DNA from: Mobula hypostoma
Taxonomy: Eukaryota
Reading direction: 5' to 3'
NCBI RefSeq assembly: GCF_963921235.1
Contig: NC_086108.1
Location: 78,494,001-78,558,000 of the forward strand
Length of the DNA stretch: 64,000 nucleotides
The position numbers and the translations under genes were made by a program. Under the pieces are notes generated by a model. The model was not told where the DNA came from. It searched no databases and saw nothing but the letters and a program-made list of their open reading frames with translations. Positions 33,647 through 47,786 of this stretch are shown piece after piece (positions within the stretch are counted from its first letter, which is position 1; each line of letters begins with the position of its first letter).

Positions 33647-34039
33647 ACATTAACAATCACTGATCTTTTTTTTCCCACAAGAAACTAGAACTAGAACAAT
33701 AACTGTGTTATAAATACTTACTGATTCAAATTTCCTTCACTCTGTCATCCAAGTTACAGTCAGAACTTCAAGTTGGTAACCAATTGAATACAAACTAATT
33801 AATGTGAAAAATTTAAATTGTTTACTCAAGTTCAAAATACTCTGCATGCAATGTTCTGTTTTGTTTGAATGTTTTATTTCAGCACTGCCACTTTTCCCTT
33901 GTGACTCAGCATTACTTTTATGTGAACTTTATGCTTTGTTTATATTACCCAAATAAATTAAACTGAGCTGTTTATAAAGCCAGAGGACAAGGTGTATACT
34001 TCGTCTGTATACCACATTCAAATCTTGGGCACCCAATTC

Positions 34040-34245
34040 AACAGAGTGAAAGTGAGAGTGTGTATGAGAGAGAGTGAGATGACTGAGTGTGAGAGAAGGT
34101 ATGAGAGTGAAAGGGAGAGAGAGAGTGAGAGTGAGAGACGGAGAAGAAAGAGGGAGGGCTGGAGAGGGAGAAAGTAGGAGAGTACGAGGGGGTACAGGAA
34201 GGAGGGAGAGAGAGAGTGAGAGAGGGAGAGGGAGAAGGAGAGGGA
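34040..34245 (+). repeat. GA-rich low-complexity tract
   Basis: Degenerate (GA)n/(GAGT)n sequence. Confidence 0.85.
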
Positions 34246-35314
34246 TATCACAACCACCCACTCCCACCAAAACACAACCCTCACTGCTCTCAAATCTTAA
34301 TTCACTGAATGGCAAATGCATATCCTGGACTTCTCCAGAACTAAATAATTCCGTATTGGATAGATTACTTAATAAATTATTGATTCAACTAGATGTTTTC
34401 TTAACCCTGTGAAATGCAGTTTAATACATTCAAAAAAATTCTGTTTACTTAGCTGATATAAAAAGATTACTTTGAATTGAAAGTGAGTGCAGTTTAATGG
34501 AGCAAAAATAACTACAGATCAGGATGGCACTGCTACTTTCTGTTTTTAGCACTCTCTCCTTGGTCATCAACAGCAGAACGCATATTCAGCACCAACCATA
34601 TCGATCAATAAATTTGAATTACTGATGAATCACAAGATTAGCTGCAGGCATCTATGTGGAGTGTGGTTGCCTCTTTGATTCTCTCCTTGCAAGAAGATTC
34701 CACAGAATATGAACCAGAAGTTTGTGGCCTTGAAATTCCTTCCTATGGATTTGAGCTCAAAAAGGTTGCTATTGGCACTCCAGTGCGGTTCTGAAAGAGC
34801 ACTAGACCAGCTTCTGAATATTAGATAGATGTTCCGTTTGCTTCCCTAAGGTGCACAGAAAACATTGCATGGCATTATAACTAAGGCTGGGCAATATTTA
34901 TAATGCATCAGCATTAGTACAGCAGATGAGATTGGTAATTTTAATTTTAAAAGTACATATTTGGCTGCAAATTGCATTGGATGCCATGAAAAGGACTTTA
35001 CAGGGCAAGTTATTTTTTTTCAATTTGGAGATAGAAAGGCAATTGTAGAGACACCTAATTTCAAATATTACAGTGCACAGCAAGATGAAGGTCAATACTC
35101 CCACCTGCACTAGCAGTGAGTATGCTGTATCGAATTTTTCTCCTGTCAGCTATTTCTCTAGAACGTTCAATTGAAATGAGAATTAGCAGCTTAATCTTAT
35201 ATTCCCCTGTGAACTTGCTTCCAACTCATACCTAACTGACATCCCAATTAATTCTGAACATCTGCAGGCAGAATAAGGATCAATTGTTATTCCTAATCAG
35301 AGCCTTCAGGGTAG

Positions 35315-35590
35315 TACCAAATTTTAACAAAGACGAAGGTCTTGCTCGAAGTAAGAACTGGAATTTGATTGTAAACAAGGTGGGATAGCGGACACCTGAT
35401 TGGATGAAGACTAACCAATCATGAGGGATGGACAACAGGGGTATAAATACCACCGGACTAGACATACCCAGGCATCATCCCTGATGAAATAAGGCAGAGT
35501 CTGTCATTGAAAAGTCAGTTAAATCAATACCTGTACACGGCTGGAAGTCCGAGAAGAGTTTATTCATCATATATGCCAGGAAAGAACTAG
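35315..35590 (+). mobile_element. Second Penelope-like family 3' end with degenerate hammerhead
   Basis: Peptide NFNKDEGLARSKNW resembles a GIY-YIG C-terminus. ctgatga at 35481-87, stem ggcag/ctgtc, gaaa at 35509-12. Confidence 0.55.
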
Positions 35591-36124
35591 ATCCTTTTTT
35601 TTGGTACCAAGTACCTCAAATTCATACGTTGTGAACTCACAGAAATCCAACATAAACAGCAGAAGAAGTACAGCTCTTTCCAAACTGCTCGTTTTCACTA
35701 GAGTATTCCTCCCCATTCCCCCACCCCTCTGCCGCAGATGCTGCATGACATGCTGTGTTCCTCCAGCAGATTATATGTTGACCCACCTGTCTTTCCCATC
35801 AGGCACCGGTTGCCCCATCTGCGGACCATAAATTAGCATCATCAGCCACTTCAGAACCCACAGAACTGGACCCAAAGCATGTCACTCAGTCCCAGGAACC
35901 CACCTTAGATTTCTGATTACTATGTGTGGCACTTTAAACATAATTTGTAAGTCACTTAGCTCTTAATTTAGCTCATGAATTAAATAACTAAAGACAACCA
36001 CCATGCTCAGTGATCGATATTATTTAAACAGATTATGTGGTCAACACTGTTATTTGTGACACCATGACATTTTCAATCAGCTACCCTGGTTTCCTCTGAC
36101 TATGTTTCAAGAAAGATTTATTTA

Positions 36125-36382
36125 CTTATTTATTGGGCTACAGAGCAGAATAGGCCCTTTGAGCAATGCTGCCCAACAACTACCAATTTAACCCTAGCCC
36201 AATCACAGGACAGTTTACAATGACCAATTAACCTATCAATCATTATGTCTTTGGACTGAGGGAGGAAACCAGAGTACCCGGAGGAAACCCACATGGTCAC
36301 AGGGAAAATGTACGAAGTCCTTACAAGCAGCGGTATGCTGGTACTGTAAAGTGTTGTGCTAACCACCATGCTACTGTGCCAC
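36125..36382 (-). mobile_element. V-SINE (HE1-like)
   Basis: gggaggaaaccagagtacccggaggaaacccac domain and a tRNA-like head. Confidence 0.7.
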
Positions 36383-37119
36383 CTTGTTGATTGTCTCAGG
36401 AATATTTTGGGATGATGGAAGAAGCTTTATAAATATACATTTTTTTTTACTACACAAGATTGAGAGCAAAGATTTTTCTCCCAATAAGTAATAGGTGTGG
36501 GGCAAAAAATAAATCACAAGTCTGCAATTTCTTTCTATTTATTTATCAAATTCTGTAAATCCAGAGATTTTGCTTGTTTTCCTTTAATGATTTCATTTTA
36601 ATAACTTTATAACATTCAATATTAGAAATTTACAAGAAACCCTTATGTTATATGGTAGAAAAAAAATGAGCAGTGGTTCTGAAAGCTGCAAAGAATATTC
36701 AGCACTGAAAGAGTTAAAATAGCTGTGACTCATAATGACCTTGCAGGCACATTTTCTTGTAATGTAAGGTCTCACTGGCAACTAAAGGAATCTGCCCCAA
36801 AATTTGTGGCAATATTACTTCAGTGAGCCAGATTCAAATACAGCAAGGATTTTTTTTGTTAGAGGAAGCCACCTTCAAAGCAGTCAAGGATATTGTTAAC
36901 AGTACTAAAGAGATTGTACAGAGCTTCATTTTACACTTGATTTCACACAAATAAAAGAGGTTTAAAAGAATAAATCGTCCCAGATCAGTACAACCTGGTC
37001 TTGTCTAGTTTACATCTCTCAATTCCAGAAGGCAGCATTTCAGCAATCTTTTTAAGTAAGAGGACCTTTTTTCTTCCCTCTCACTTCCACATGCTTTGTT
37101 AGTTATCTTAATTTTATCT

Positions 37120-37125
37120 TTTATT
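37120..37125 (-). promoter_or_regulatory. Candidate proximal polyadenylation signal (AATAAA)
   Basis: tttatt on the plus strand, 120 nt past the stop codon. The true 3' end may be further downstream. Confidence 0.25.
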
Positions 37126-37244
37126 CGCCATAATTCTTTGGAGAAACAGAAAGAGAAAGACAGAGAATAACAGACAGAAAGACTGCCTATAATGAAGCAC
37201 GGAATACCAGGAAAACTGTCTTTGTCTCAGAACAGCGTGACCTG

Positions 37245-37395
37245 CTATCCCCTTGAAATCCGAGGCGGCGGAGTGCCAATGTCCACTGTGATGTTTGTGT
37301 ACATCGGGTACTTGGTTATATTCACCAATTTGTATCTTAAGGAGTTGATGCCATCTTGCTTCATCGTTAACTTTGTGTTCTGGATTTTTGTAAAT
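37245..37395 (-). CDS. B4GALT2: Beta-1,4-galactosyltransferase 2, last coding exon
   Basis: Acceptor ctttctcttccAG. Translates (R)FTKIQNTKLTMKQDGINSLRYKLVNITKYPMYTNITVDIGTPPPRISRG*, matching the recalled human B4GALT2 C-terminus RFTKIQNTKLTMKRDG...TNITVDIG.PP...RG. Phase matches the 55080-55184 exon. Confidence 0.93.
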
Positions 37396-39369
37396 CTGGA
37401 AGAGAAAGTATTACACATTTCAATATAAAGTCAAACCAAAAATGCAGGCAGAACAGCTCCCTTTAATGTTCTCTTTCATGGTGACTTTCTGGCATGCAAT
37501 TAAACAGGAAACCTGTCAAGCTCTTAAAAACCAATGCCTGATTCTGATTCTGATTTATTTGAAAACTTGGGCCAATGTTATTACTGTGTGGAAACATCCA
37601 CCTATACTGAAATTAATTGATGCCTCCCTAGGAATCATATCTAGATCCAGATAAGTAATGATTAAGTCACTTTAAGGAAAAGTTACAGTGGGAAGTAATT
37701 TATTTATCATTGACTGCTCAAAGTAACAAACCCTAATGTCCTGTTCAATGTAAAACTAAGCCATTTTCTAGAAGCCTGAAGCCCATGTGTCAGGGTGGGA
37801 AGACATTACAAGCAGGCAATGTGTTGAAATAGGTCATCTGCAGAAATCTGCGAGGGGTTCATTTTTTGGTACAACCCTGAAGCAAACTCAATGGGATTAC
37901 TTTTGACTTTTCAGCAACCAAATAGGAGATTGTTCTAGTGAATATTTTATCATCGCTGCACGGTGAATTTGAAGCAATGGCCTAATTCACGTTCAAGCTG
38001 CAAGTGCTGGGCACCAATTAAGACCATGGGACTCTTCCCTCACTATCTCCCATTACACCCAATCCTGCCTAACCACTGGTACATGACTTGTGGTAGTGAC
38101 CTGAATCATCCCAAGGAATTCCATGTTTGTCTCACTCAATGGGATCCACCACAGAATTGGTTGGAATGTGAAGAGTACACATATCCTGACAACCAAATAT
38201 AATGATAATTTTAAAAAGATAACCAGATGAATACATGAAGAGGAAGAACCTGCACAGCTAGGAGGAAAGATCAGGAGTTGGAATATTTAGTAGTCTAAAT
38301 GCCCCTTTCTGTGTCACATCCTCAACCTGACACACAAACACAAGGCAGATGCAACCACTGCATCACCGTCTCAGCCTTCCCAGTTGCCTTTTAATGATTC
38401 ACCTGTGGACCAGTGGGCCAAAGTTCAAAACCTCTTTGTTGATAAGCCACCTTGGAATGGACAGCAATGTGCTTGTTTGGCCAATCTCAACTAATTGATG
38501 TCTGATTGTCACAATGAGACATGGATTAGGGCACCCGTGTTTGGCTGCAGGAAATATTTCTGGATATACAAAGCATTCAGGCCTAGCGATTGCTGGATCT
38601 TGATTCTCTGTCATTGTACCAAATGGCTGTAAAACTATCTTTAAACCTGTGGAAACACATCTTAATTCAAAGGCATTTCTTAAATATGACTTCATAGAAA
38701 TTGATATCCCAAAGAGCAATAAATCAAAATGAGAATTTTCAAAGTAAGACCATTTCCTGGTTTGGTGCATTTATTGTCCATCAAAGAAATACTTGGTTAG
38801 GGTCAGGGTCAGGGTCAAGGTCAAGGTCAAATTAGCAATGCAAGAAACCGAGAGATGCTTCTTTTTGAAAATAATGAAGACTATAAACTAACAATGTTTC
38901 TCTGGAAGGTGCAAAATGAGTGACAATGCATCTAATTAACTAACCAGCAGAAGTATGAAATTTGAGAAGGATAAAGAACAAAATTCTGAGGTGAAAGGAA
39001 GCCTTCAAAAGGGGGGGGGGGGAACAATAGGTTCATTGAGGAGTAAGTATTACATAAAACAATGAAAATTTATATTATGATGAGGTAAAATACTAACTTT
39101 TCCAAATTATATTTAATAATGTGTTGCAGAAGTGGTACCACCGGATTATAAATGAAATTTAGAGAACTCTAGCTAACTGTACAAAACTAAAACAAAAGAA
39201 CCATACAAAAAGTGGAAACTGGAAATTTGGCTCTGGAGAATGAAAATATGGAAAAGATTCTAAGTAAATATATTACAAGTTAAGGTGGAGGAAACAAGAT
39301 AGACATATGAGAGAAAAAAATGATAGATACTTAGAAAACACAATATTTATAGGAAAAAAACTATAAAAC

Positions 39370-39585
39370 CATGGTGCATCTGTGGAATTCATTGCCACAA
39401 GCAGCTGTGGAGGCCAAATCATTGGGGATATATAATTCTTGATAAGTCAGGGCATGAGTGAATACATGGAGAAGGCAGGAGATTGGGGCAGAGAAGGAAT
39501 TGGATCAGCCATGATGAAATGGCGGTGCAGACCTGATGGGCCAAATGGCCCAATTCTGCTCCTACAACATAAGGTCTTATAGTCT
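39370..39585 (+). mobile_element. CR1 3' tail
   Basis: gtgcatctgtggaattcattgccaca...gatcagccatgatgaaatggcgg...gggccaaatggcc. Confidence 0.75.
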
Positions 39586-41441
39586 AAAAGTTTTATAGAT
39601 GAATTATAGATCAGTGGGATTATCTAAAATACACCAAATAAAACCTAATGGCACGTTGTAAACATTGGAGGAAAATATGAAAAGGAATCTCAATGAAATG
39701 ACGCTAAAAGTTATCAAAGAGGCACCTCAGGTCAAATAAATAATTCCTTGATTGCGTAATTAAGCTCATAAAAAGGCCAATAATATGTGATTTTTTAATA
39801 TATACTACGTATATATACAAGCAGTAAAAATTCACCAGCTTGCCAATGAAAATAGAAGTTAACGTTACGTAAGGGGGCTTGACAATCCAAGCTCTTTTCT
39901 TTGCACAGAGAAGGTCCAGGATATTTAACAAATAGGGAATGATTAATCCAACTCATATAATAACAGAAGAAAACAGCAGCTAACCCCACCATTCAATGAT
40001 CATAGCTGATCTGCTTCAGGTCTCTTCTTTTCTATATCGGTTCCCCATAACCCTCAATTCCCTGATCTTTCAAAAAGTTATCTACTTCCTCTTTAAATAC
40101 CTTCAGTGATCTCACTTCCACAGCTCTCTGGGGCAGGGAATTCTTGTTTTCTTAATTCACAGGATGTGGGTGTCACTGGCAGTGGTAGTATTCATTGTCC
40201 AACCCCATTTGCCCTTGAATTGAGGAGGAAATTAAGATTAGGATCTGGAATCACATTTAATAAGACTGCATAAGGGTGGCAAATCCCCCTCTTTGAATGG
40301 CCATTAGTAAATAAGTTGATTTTTTTTGACTATAATCAACTGTTTACCATTTCAAGTAACATTGCTTTTAATCCATTGAGTATATTTAAATTTCATAAAT
40401 AGAATAAAGGGATTTGATCTTATTTCCCAGGATCAATCGTCCAGACTCCTGCAAGCCAGGCCAGTAGTTTAGCCACCGTGCTACAATTATGCTGTAGAAT
40501 CACAAGGGATGAGGAATCATTTTGCACAAATTATTACAGCATGCCACAGTTAAGTCTGCAAGTGACGAACTACTGTTCTCCAAAGATGAATCCATAAACT
40601 GGATTCACAAATACAGTTCACTGAAGTAAATTAGTTTGTGGTTGCTTTAGAAATGGCTACAATAATAAATAAAATAAATCCTTTTACCCTGGAAATTATT
40701 TACACACTTCCAAAAATGAGATTATTCCTAAATAAATAATCGGATTTGCATTTTTTCTATAATTACATCCACTGTGGCATTAATTTTGCCTTTTTTTTTT
40801 AGTTGTGGGCATCATAGTGAGGTATCACGGTTTCCTTTAATGATAAATTACAATCATTTGCCAGGAAATAACAGGATTGGATGTAGTACAGATGTTGCAA
40901 TGGAGAGTGGCAGTGTGAATGATCACTGAGGAAATAGGGGATAAATGTTAGAGATCAAATTGCTGCAAATAACTAAAAGAATTTAGGCACCTTTTCCCTG
41001 GATCAAACAATTGTAGCACTATTTCTATTTCACTGCCAGGAAACCACAGACATGTACCTTTATCATTCAGCATCCTGTTTAATATTAAAAGAGACAGGTG
41101 AGTGATTGCAAACATTTATTCCTCACTTCCTTTTGAGTGAACTCAATGCAGTCGGTCTCCCAACTGCCTACATGTTGATTCAGGATGTCCAATCATGACA
41201 AGGAATTTGATTGTGGAGGCTCCCTTAGGAAATTCCAGTGGAAGCTCCACCATTTGACGGTTTTTGGATAACAGATCTTAGATAAAGTACGAGATCTGGC
41301 CACAGCCTTCTGTTTAATCACCAGAGCCCAAGTCAATAGCTTGGAAGTATTACAAAATTCAATAAAAACAATCAAGACCTAAAGTTTCCTGAAGACATTC
41401 CTGAAAAAGAGCAGCTGATTACATGTCTGGGTGTGCAAAGG

Positions 41442-44020
41442 CCATAAGACCATAAGATATAGGAGCAGAATTTGGCCATTTGACCCATTGAGTTTGCTCT
41501 GCCATTTCATCATGGCCGATTCATTTTTTCTCTTGCCTTCGTTCCCTAAATAATCAGGAATCTATCAACCTCTGTCCTAAACATATCCAATGACTCGGCC
41601 TCCACAGCTGCCTATGGCAATGAATTCCACAGATTCACCACCCTCTGGCTAAAGAAGTTCGTCGTCTCTGTTGTTAATAAACATCCTTCTATTCTGGGGC
41701 TGTGCCCACCACAAGAAAATATCCTCTCCACGTTCACTCTAGGCCTTTCAACATTCAATAGGTTTCAATGAGATGCCCTTCATTCTCTGAATTCCAGTGA
41801 ATATTAGCCCCAGAGCCATCAAATGTTCCTCATATGACAAGCCTGTCAATCACAGAATTATTTTCATGAACCTCCTTTGATCCCTCTCCAATGTCAGCAC
41901 ATCCTTTCTTAGATAAGGGGCCCAAAACCGCTCACAATACTCCAAGTAAAGCCTTGAGAGAGCCCGATAAAGCTTCAACATTACATCCTTGTTTATAAAT
42001 TCTAGCCCTCTCAAAATCACATTTGCCTTCCTCACCACCAACTTAACCTGCAAATTAACCCTTAAGTATCCTGCACAAGGATTCCCAAGTTCCTTCGTAC
42101 CTTGGATTTTTGAATTTTCTCACTATTTTGAAAATAGTCTACACTTTTATTTCTTCTACCAAAGTGCATGCCCATACACTTCCGACACTGTATTCCATCC
42201 AGCACTTCTTAGCCCATTCCTTTAATGTCTAAGTCTTTCAGTATCCCCTCTGCTTCAACACTACCAGCCCCTCCAACAACCTTCATATCATTGGCAAACT
42301 TGGCCAGGGCCATCAATTCCATTATTTAAAACATTGACATATAATGTAAAGAAAGTGGTCCCAACATAGACCCTTGTGGAACACCACTAGTCATGGGCCG
42401 CCAAGCAGAAAAGGCTCCCTTTATTCCCACTCTTTACCTCCTGCCAGTCAGCCAATACATCCATGCTATCTTTCCTGTAATACCGTGGGCTCTTAACTTG
42501 TTATGCAGACATAACACCCTGCCAAAATCCTTCTGAAAATCCAAGTACACAACATCCATTGATTCTCCTTTGTCTATTCTGCTTGTTATTTCTTCAATGA
42601 ATTCCAACAGATTTATCAAGCAAGATTAAGGAAACCACACTGACATCGGCCGATTTTATCATGTCCCTCAAAGTACCCTGAAACCACATCCTTAACAATC
42701 GACTCCAACATCTTCCCAACCACTGAGGTCACACTAATTGGTGTATAGTTTCCTTTCTTCTGCCTCTCTCCCTTTTTAAAGAGTAGAGTGACAGTTGCAA
42801 TTTTCCAGTCTTCTGGAACCATGCCAAGATCCATTGATTCTTGAAAGATCACTTGTACTGCCTCCACAATATCTTTAGCCACCTCTCAGAATCCCCAGTT
42901 TGTAGACCATCTGGTACAGATGACTTATCCACCCTCAGACCTTTCAGTTTCTCAAGCATCTTCTCCCTTCAAATGGCAACTACTCACTTTTGCTCACTGA
43001 CACTCTCAAACTTCCGGCATACTGCTAGTGTCTTCCACAGTGAAGACAGATGCAAAATACTTATTCAGTTCATCCATCATTTCCTTGTCCCCCATTACCA
43101 CCTCTCTAGCGTCATTTTCCAGCAGTCCAATCTCTACTGTTGGCTCTCTTTTACACTTTATGTATCTCAAGAAACTTTTGGTATCCCCTTTTATGTTATT
43201 GGCTAGCTTACCTTCATATTCCATCTTTTCCTTCTTTATAATTTAATTACCTTCTGTTAGTTTTTAAAAGCTTCCCAATCCTCTACCTTCCCATTCATTT
43301 TTGTTCTATTATATACCCCCTTTTTGGCTTTTATGTTGGCATTGACTTCTCTTGTCAGCTATGGTTCTGTCATCCTGCCTTTTGAATACCTCTTCTTCCT
43401 TGGAATGTCTCTATCTTGCACCTTCCGAATTGCTCCCAGAAACTTCAGCCATTGCTGCTCTGCCGTCATCACTCTAGTGGTTCCTTCCAATCAATTTTGG
43501 CCAGCTCCTATCTCACACATCTGTAATCCTCTTTACTCCGCTGCAATACTGATACATCTGACTTTAGCTTCTTCTTCTCAAATTGCATGGTGGTGAATTC
43601 TATCATAGTGTAATCAGTGCTCCCCTAACGATTCTTTTACCTTAAGCTCTCTAATCAATTCTGGTTCATTGCACAACACCCAGTACGGAATAGCTGATCC
43701 CCTAGTGGGCTCTACCACGAGCTGCTGTAAAAAGCCACCTTGTATGCATTCTACAAATTTACCCTCTTGGGATCCAGCAACAACTTGATTTTCCAATCTA
43801 CCTGCATATGGAAATCATAAGTTGCCCTTTCGACATGCATTTTCTATCTCCTTTTGTAATTTGTAGACCACATCTTTGCTACCGTTCGGAGGTCTGTAAA
43901 TCACTCCCATCTAGGTCTTTTTACCCTTACAGTTTCTTAGCTCCACCCACAAGTACTCTACACCTGATCTTATGTCACCTCTTTCTAATGATTTGATTTC
44001 ATTTTTTACCAACAGAGCCA
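41442..44020 (-). mobile_element. Older CR1 LINE (endonuclease to tail), fragmented
   Basis: Several ORF pieces ([38 protein letters not shown]) and a ccataaga tandem tail at 41442. Confidence 0.9.
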
Positions 44021-44941
44021 TCCCACTTAGAAACTGGAAAGATTTGTGCCAAATTGAAGCTTAGGCCAGTTTACAATTTCTTTTTTGAAATAATACTAGA
44101 AACCCATTCTTGGGGAAAATAAATCCATATATGGGCTATGTACAATCCAAAAATATGGTATTTTATGTTATGAAAGAAATTAAAGTTCTTCAGGAGGAAG
44201 CCTTAATGTTTCATGACAGAACAACTTCTACTATTTTCCTGGGTCTCAACCCTGCTCTCTGCACGTCAGTTGAGCTCCTCTACCCCAATCACTCCAACTC
44301 CAATCCCAACTTCCAATCCCACCCCACCAGCTTCGTATCTCCATACACCATTTCCTTAACCCGACATTAAGCTCCACACGTCACTATCTCCACTCTTCCA
44401 CTAGCCCCAGCTATGGGTCCAATTGCCCCCTACACCCAGTGAACAAGGATCACATCTATATTTGTGGGTAATAACTTTAAACTTATTAAATACAAGTTTC
44501 CATTCTTTCCTCTTCTTTGAATCAAATCAAAACCTAAACTTTGGAATATCAGCAGAATCCAACCGCAGATAATTTCCACTGACATTCTGAAAGACGCCTC
44601 TACAAATATCCATTGATGAGAATCAAACACTATGTTTGAGTCTGGCCTTCCGCTGAATCCATTTTTTGATGTTTTAAAAGTGAAGCACTTTAAAAAAACA
44701 TACAAGATGGGTTAAGGTTAGTGATGGCAGAGGCCTCTTCTAATTGCTTATTTGTAATGTGTTTGGTTCTCATAAACCCCTGTATTCTCCAAGTGACTGA
44801 CTGACCTTCTTATCGTCAATCAGGTCATTCCTCTGGATGAGGATAGACTTTATGAGAAGAAGCAATATTTTACCAATTTACACAGTGGTCATTAAACAGC
44901 TAGGGTAAGGAATATCATAATCTCAAAAAAAAAATCTAAAT

Positions 44942-46029
44942 CAGGGGTCCCCAACCTTTTTTGCATTGCGGACCGGTTTAATATTGACAATATTCTTGCG
45001 GACCAGCCAACCCGGGGGGCACCAGTGCGCATGCGTAACTTGCGCATGTGTGTACCTCCCGATTTTTTTCTACAAGTCCTTTTTGGCGATTCTGTACGGG
45101 GGGGGGGGTTGTTAATCATGACCGAAATATAGGTGATGTGGCAAATACACTCAATTTCGTTTCTAAAAAGTTTTATCTAACGAATTTAATATTAAACACA
45201 CAGCGCATATTTTCCTCGCTTGAATATAGTGATATCAATTACCAGGGGATCTTGAAGTAAGTGTTGAACAAACTTTCAGTAGAAGTGGTAGAGACAGGTT
45301 CGATATTACCATTTAAAGAAAAATTGGATAGGTATATGGACCGGAAAGGAATGGAGTGTTATGGGCTGAGTGCAGGTTGGTGGGACTAGGTGAGAGTAGC
45401 GTTCGGCACGGACTAGAAGGGCAGAGGTGGCCCGTCTCCGTCCGTAATTGTTATATGGTTATATAAGTAAGTCAATAGCATAACATTTTAAGTAACGTTT
45501 GGATATTAAACACACAGCACATATTTTCCCTGTATGAACATATAAAATCATTGCAACACACCAATATCGCTGAATCAGTGGGAGCCCTGGGCTTGTTTCC
45601 CTGCAACAAGATGGTCCTATCGAGGGGTGATGGGAGACAGCGATACTCGAAGGGGGTTCCTTATGTCCAGTCTATTCCGCAATTTAGTTTTCTGCATTCA
45701 TTGCAGAGATACGTTGGAAATGGAAGCAACGTTTTCACTGCTTTCGTGGCTATCTCAGGATATTGAGCCTTGACTTTGATCCAGAATACTGGCAGAGATG
45801 TTACGTCAAACATACTTTTCAGCCCGCCGTCATTTGCAAGCCCGAGGAGTTGATCTCCTTCCCACGCTGACATGGATGACGCGCAGGTAATGACCTCGCA
45901 TGTGTTCGAGCTCAACAGTGGGTGTGACAAGGAATGAGGAAAAGTGCAGCTGACTCCTATCGCCAAATCATATTATTTCCTTGCAGCCCGGTAGCACATG
46001 CTTTGCGGCCCGGTGGTTGGGGACCGCTG
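44942..46029 (-). mobile_element. hAT (Charlie-like) non-autonomous DNA transposon
   Basis: TIRs CAGGGGTCCCCAACC and GGTTGGGGACCGCTG. Perfect 8-bp TSD atctaaat (44934-41 and 46030-37). hAT dimerisation peptide SLPVFWIKVKAQYPEIATKAVKTLLPFPTYLC. Confidence 0.92.
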
Positions 46030-47786
46030 ATCTAAATTAGCACTTTATAGGAACACATACCAGCCATCTTGTAAAGTTTTAAAGTGTTTGAGGCCAATTA
46101 GAATTGATGTAAGAAAGCCCGGCTGGGGCATGCAGGATCTCTTATTGTGTAATGTACCTCCAGTAGCCCTGCCGATGATAAGGGTGCACAAGAAATCAGG
46201 TTTATTTGTGCATTAGTTGGACAACTGGGGTCTATTCAGAGAACAGGAGAAGGCAAGGCTGGACCATAGCTGGAGCTGGTGGAGGAGTGGGTTAGTGACA
46301 TGCAATCAAGCCAGGATCCATTGTGGGTGTAGAGGTGATGGTGGATTGTGGAGTGGAGATTTGGATTGGCTTGGGTCTGCTGGCAGTGGGAGTGAGAGGG
46401 TAAGTCAGCGGAAGGTACAGGAGCTTGTCATATTGACATAGAGTACATAGAAAAGGAGTGAGATCCAATGAAAAGTGTTAAAGCAGGACCAACAGGCCAA
46501 AAGATCAATGCATCAGAGTTTCAAACAATGCAATAGTTAACAAAAGTAAGGAAAGTTCCTTTTATTAACCAAGTCCTGAACTAACAGCAGTTTCCAACTC
46601 TCTAGTTAGGACCTGATTGTGTCATCTCATTGTCTGGACCTGGGAAACATCCTGAACTGGCAAAAAGCAATAGAAATCCAATAGTACCAATGACAGAAAA
46701 TTAAGTTCAATATTTCCTTTTAAAAAAAACCAAAATATCCTGTATTTCCTAAATTGCAACTTACTTTAATTAAATAAAATATTATTTATAAGAGAGGTTT
46801 CATTTCAAAACTTCGGTGAATTCATAAAAAAAAAAAAAAAAAAAACTAGTAAATGTTAAAGACCCAGCTTGCTTCTGACTGACCAGATGCTAGGCAGACA
46901 CACTAGGGAATGTGTTGTGCAGGAATGAATGAGTCATGATCCATTAATGGATGTGATGGAAGATTAAAGATGAGATCTTCAAACAAACCTTTCCCTCAGC
47001 CAATAATTTTAACCCCCTACCTACTCCTCTACCAGGGGCTAACAAAATGAAAAGGTTGTCACGCAGGAACATTAAAGGTCAGGATACATTTTTGTTGTTA
47101 GGATTCTAAACGATCACTTACTGTCCTTAATTTTATACTTTCTCTCCCTCATCACTCATATGAACGACAAGCAAATATAATTTGAAGGTTTGCCAGGTAT
47201 TATGGCCCTAATGGAAATCAAACTCTCAAATCCACTGCTTCCGTCCCCTAGATTTCTTTGACTAAAATCCCAGTTATTTTCCACCTCTTGTCGTCTTGTT
47301 CTTATCAGGCATTCCTTTATAGATTCCAGCTTCCTGTTCCTTTACAATTTTCCACTTAAGTTCTGATCCAAACTGCTGAGCTCCAGTTATAGAGATGGAA
47401 GTGATTAGCAAAGAAACACGCAGACGTCTAGAAATGAAAGGACAGAAGTACCAGCCTACTCACAGTAAGATTATAGCTGTTTAAATCTAAACATGAACTA
47501 CAGAGTCACTGAGTACTACAGGTAAATGATACTTCCATCGTCTACTCGTAAGTAAGACAAAAGATTCTCCAGAATGTCTCTCTCCAAATCAGGAAATGGA
47601 TGGGAAAATACAAATTTGTGGCTGCTCTTCAGAATATGCTGAATATATTGCATGATTTTCTGTGAAACTGAAGAAATTGTTGGACTATTCGCTGTAACTT
47701 ACCAACAATAAAATACTGTTAACCATTAAGGCTGACAGAGAGAATAAATTTGTGCAGATGCAAATATTCCCTAACTTTCCAACGTA

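Noticed and set aside
33929..34412. ORFs rich in L/S or E/R
   Set aside because: Translations of the GA-rich low-complexity tract.
38795..38829. Interstitial telomeric repeat
   Set aside because: Only one TTAGGG; the rest are TCAGGG/TCAAGG variants.
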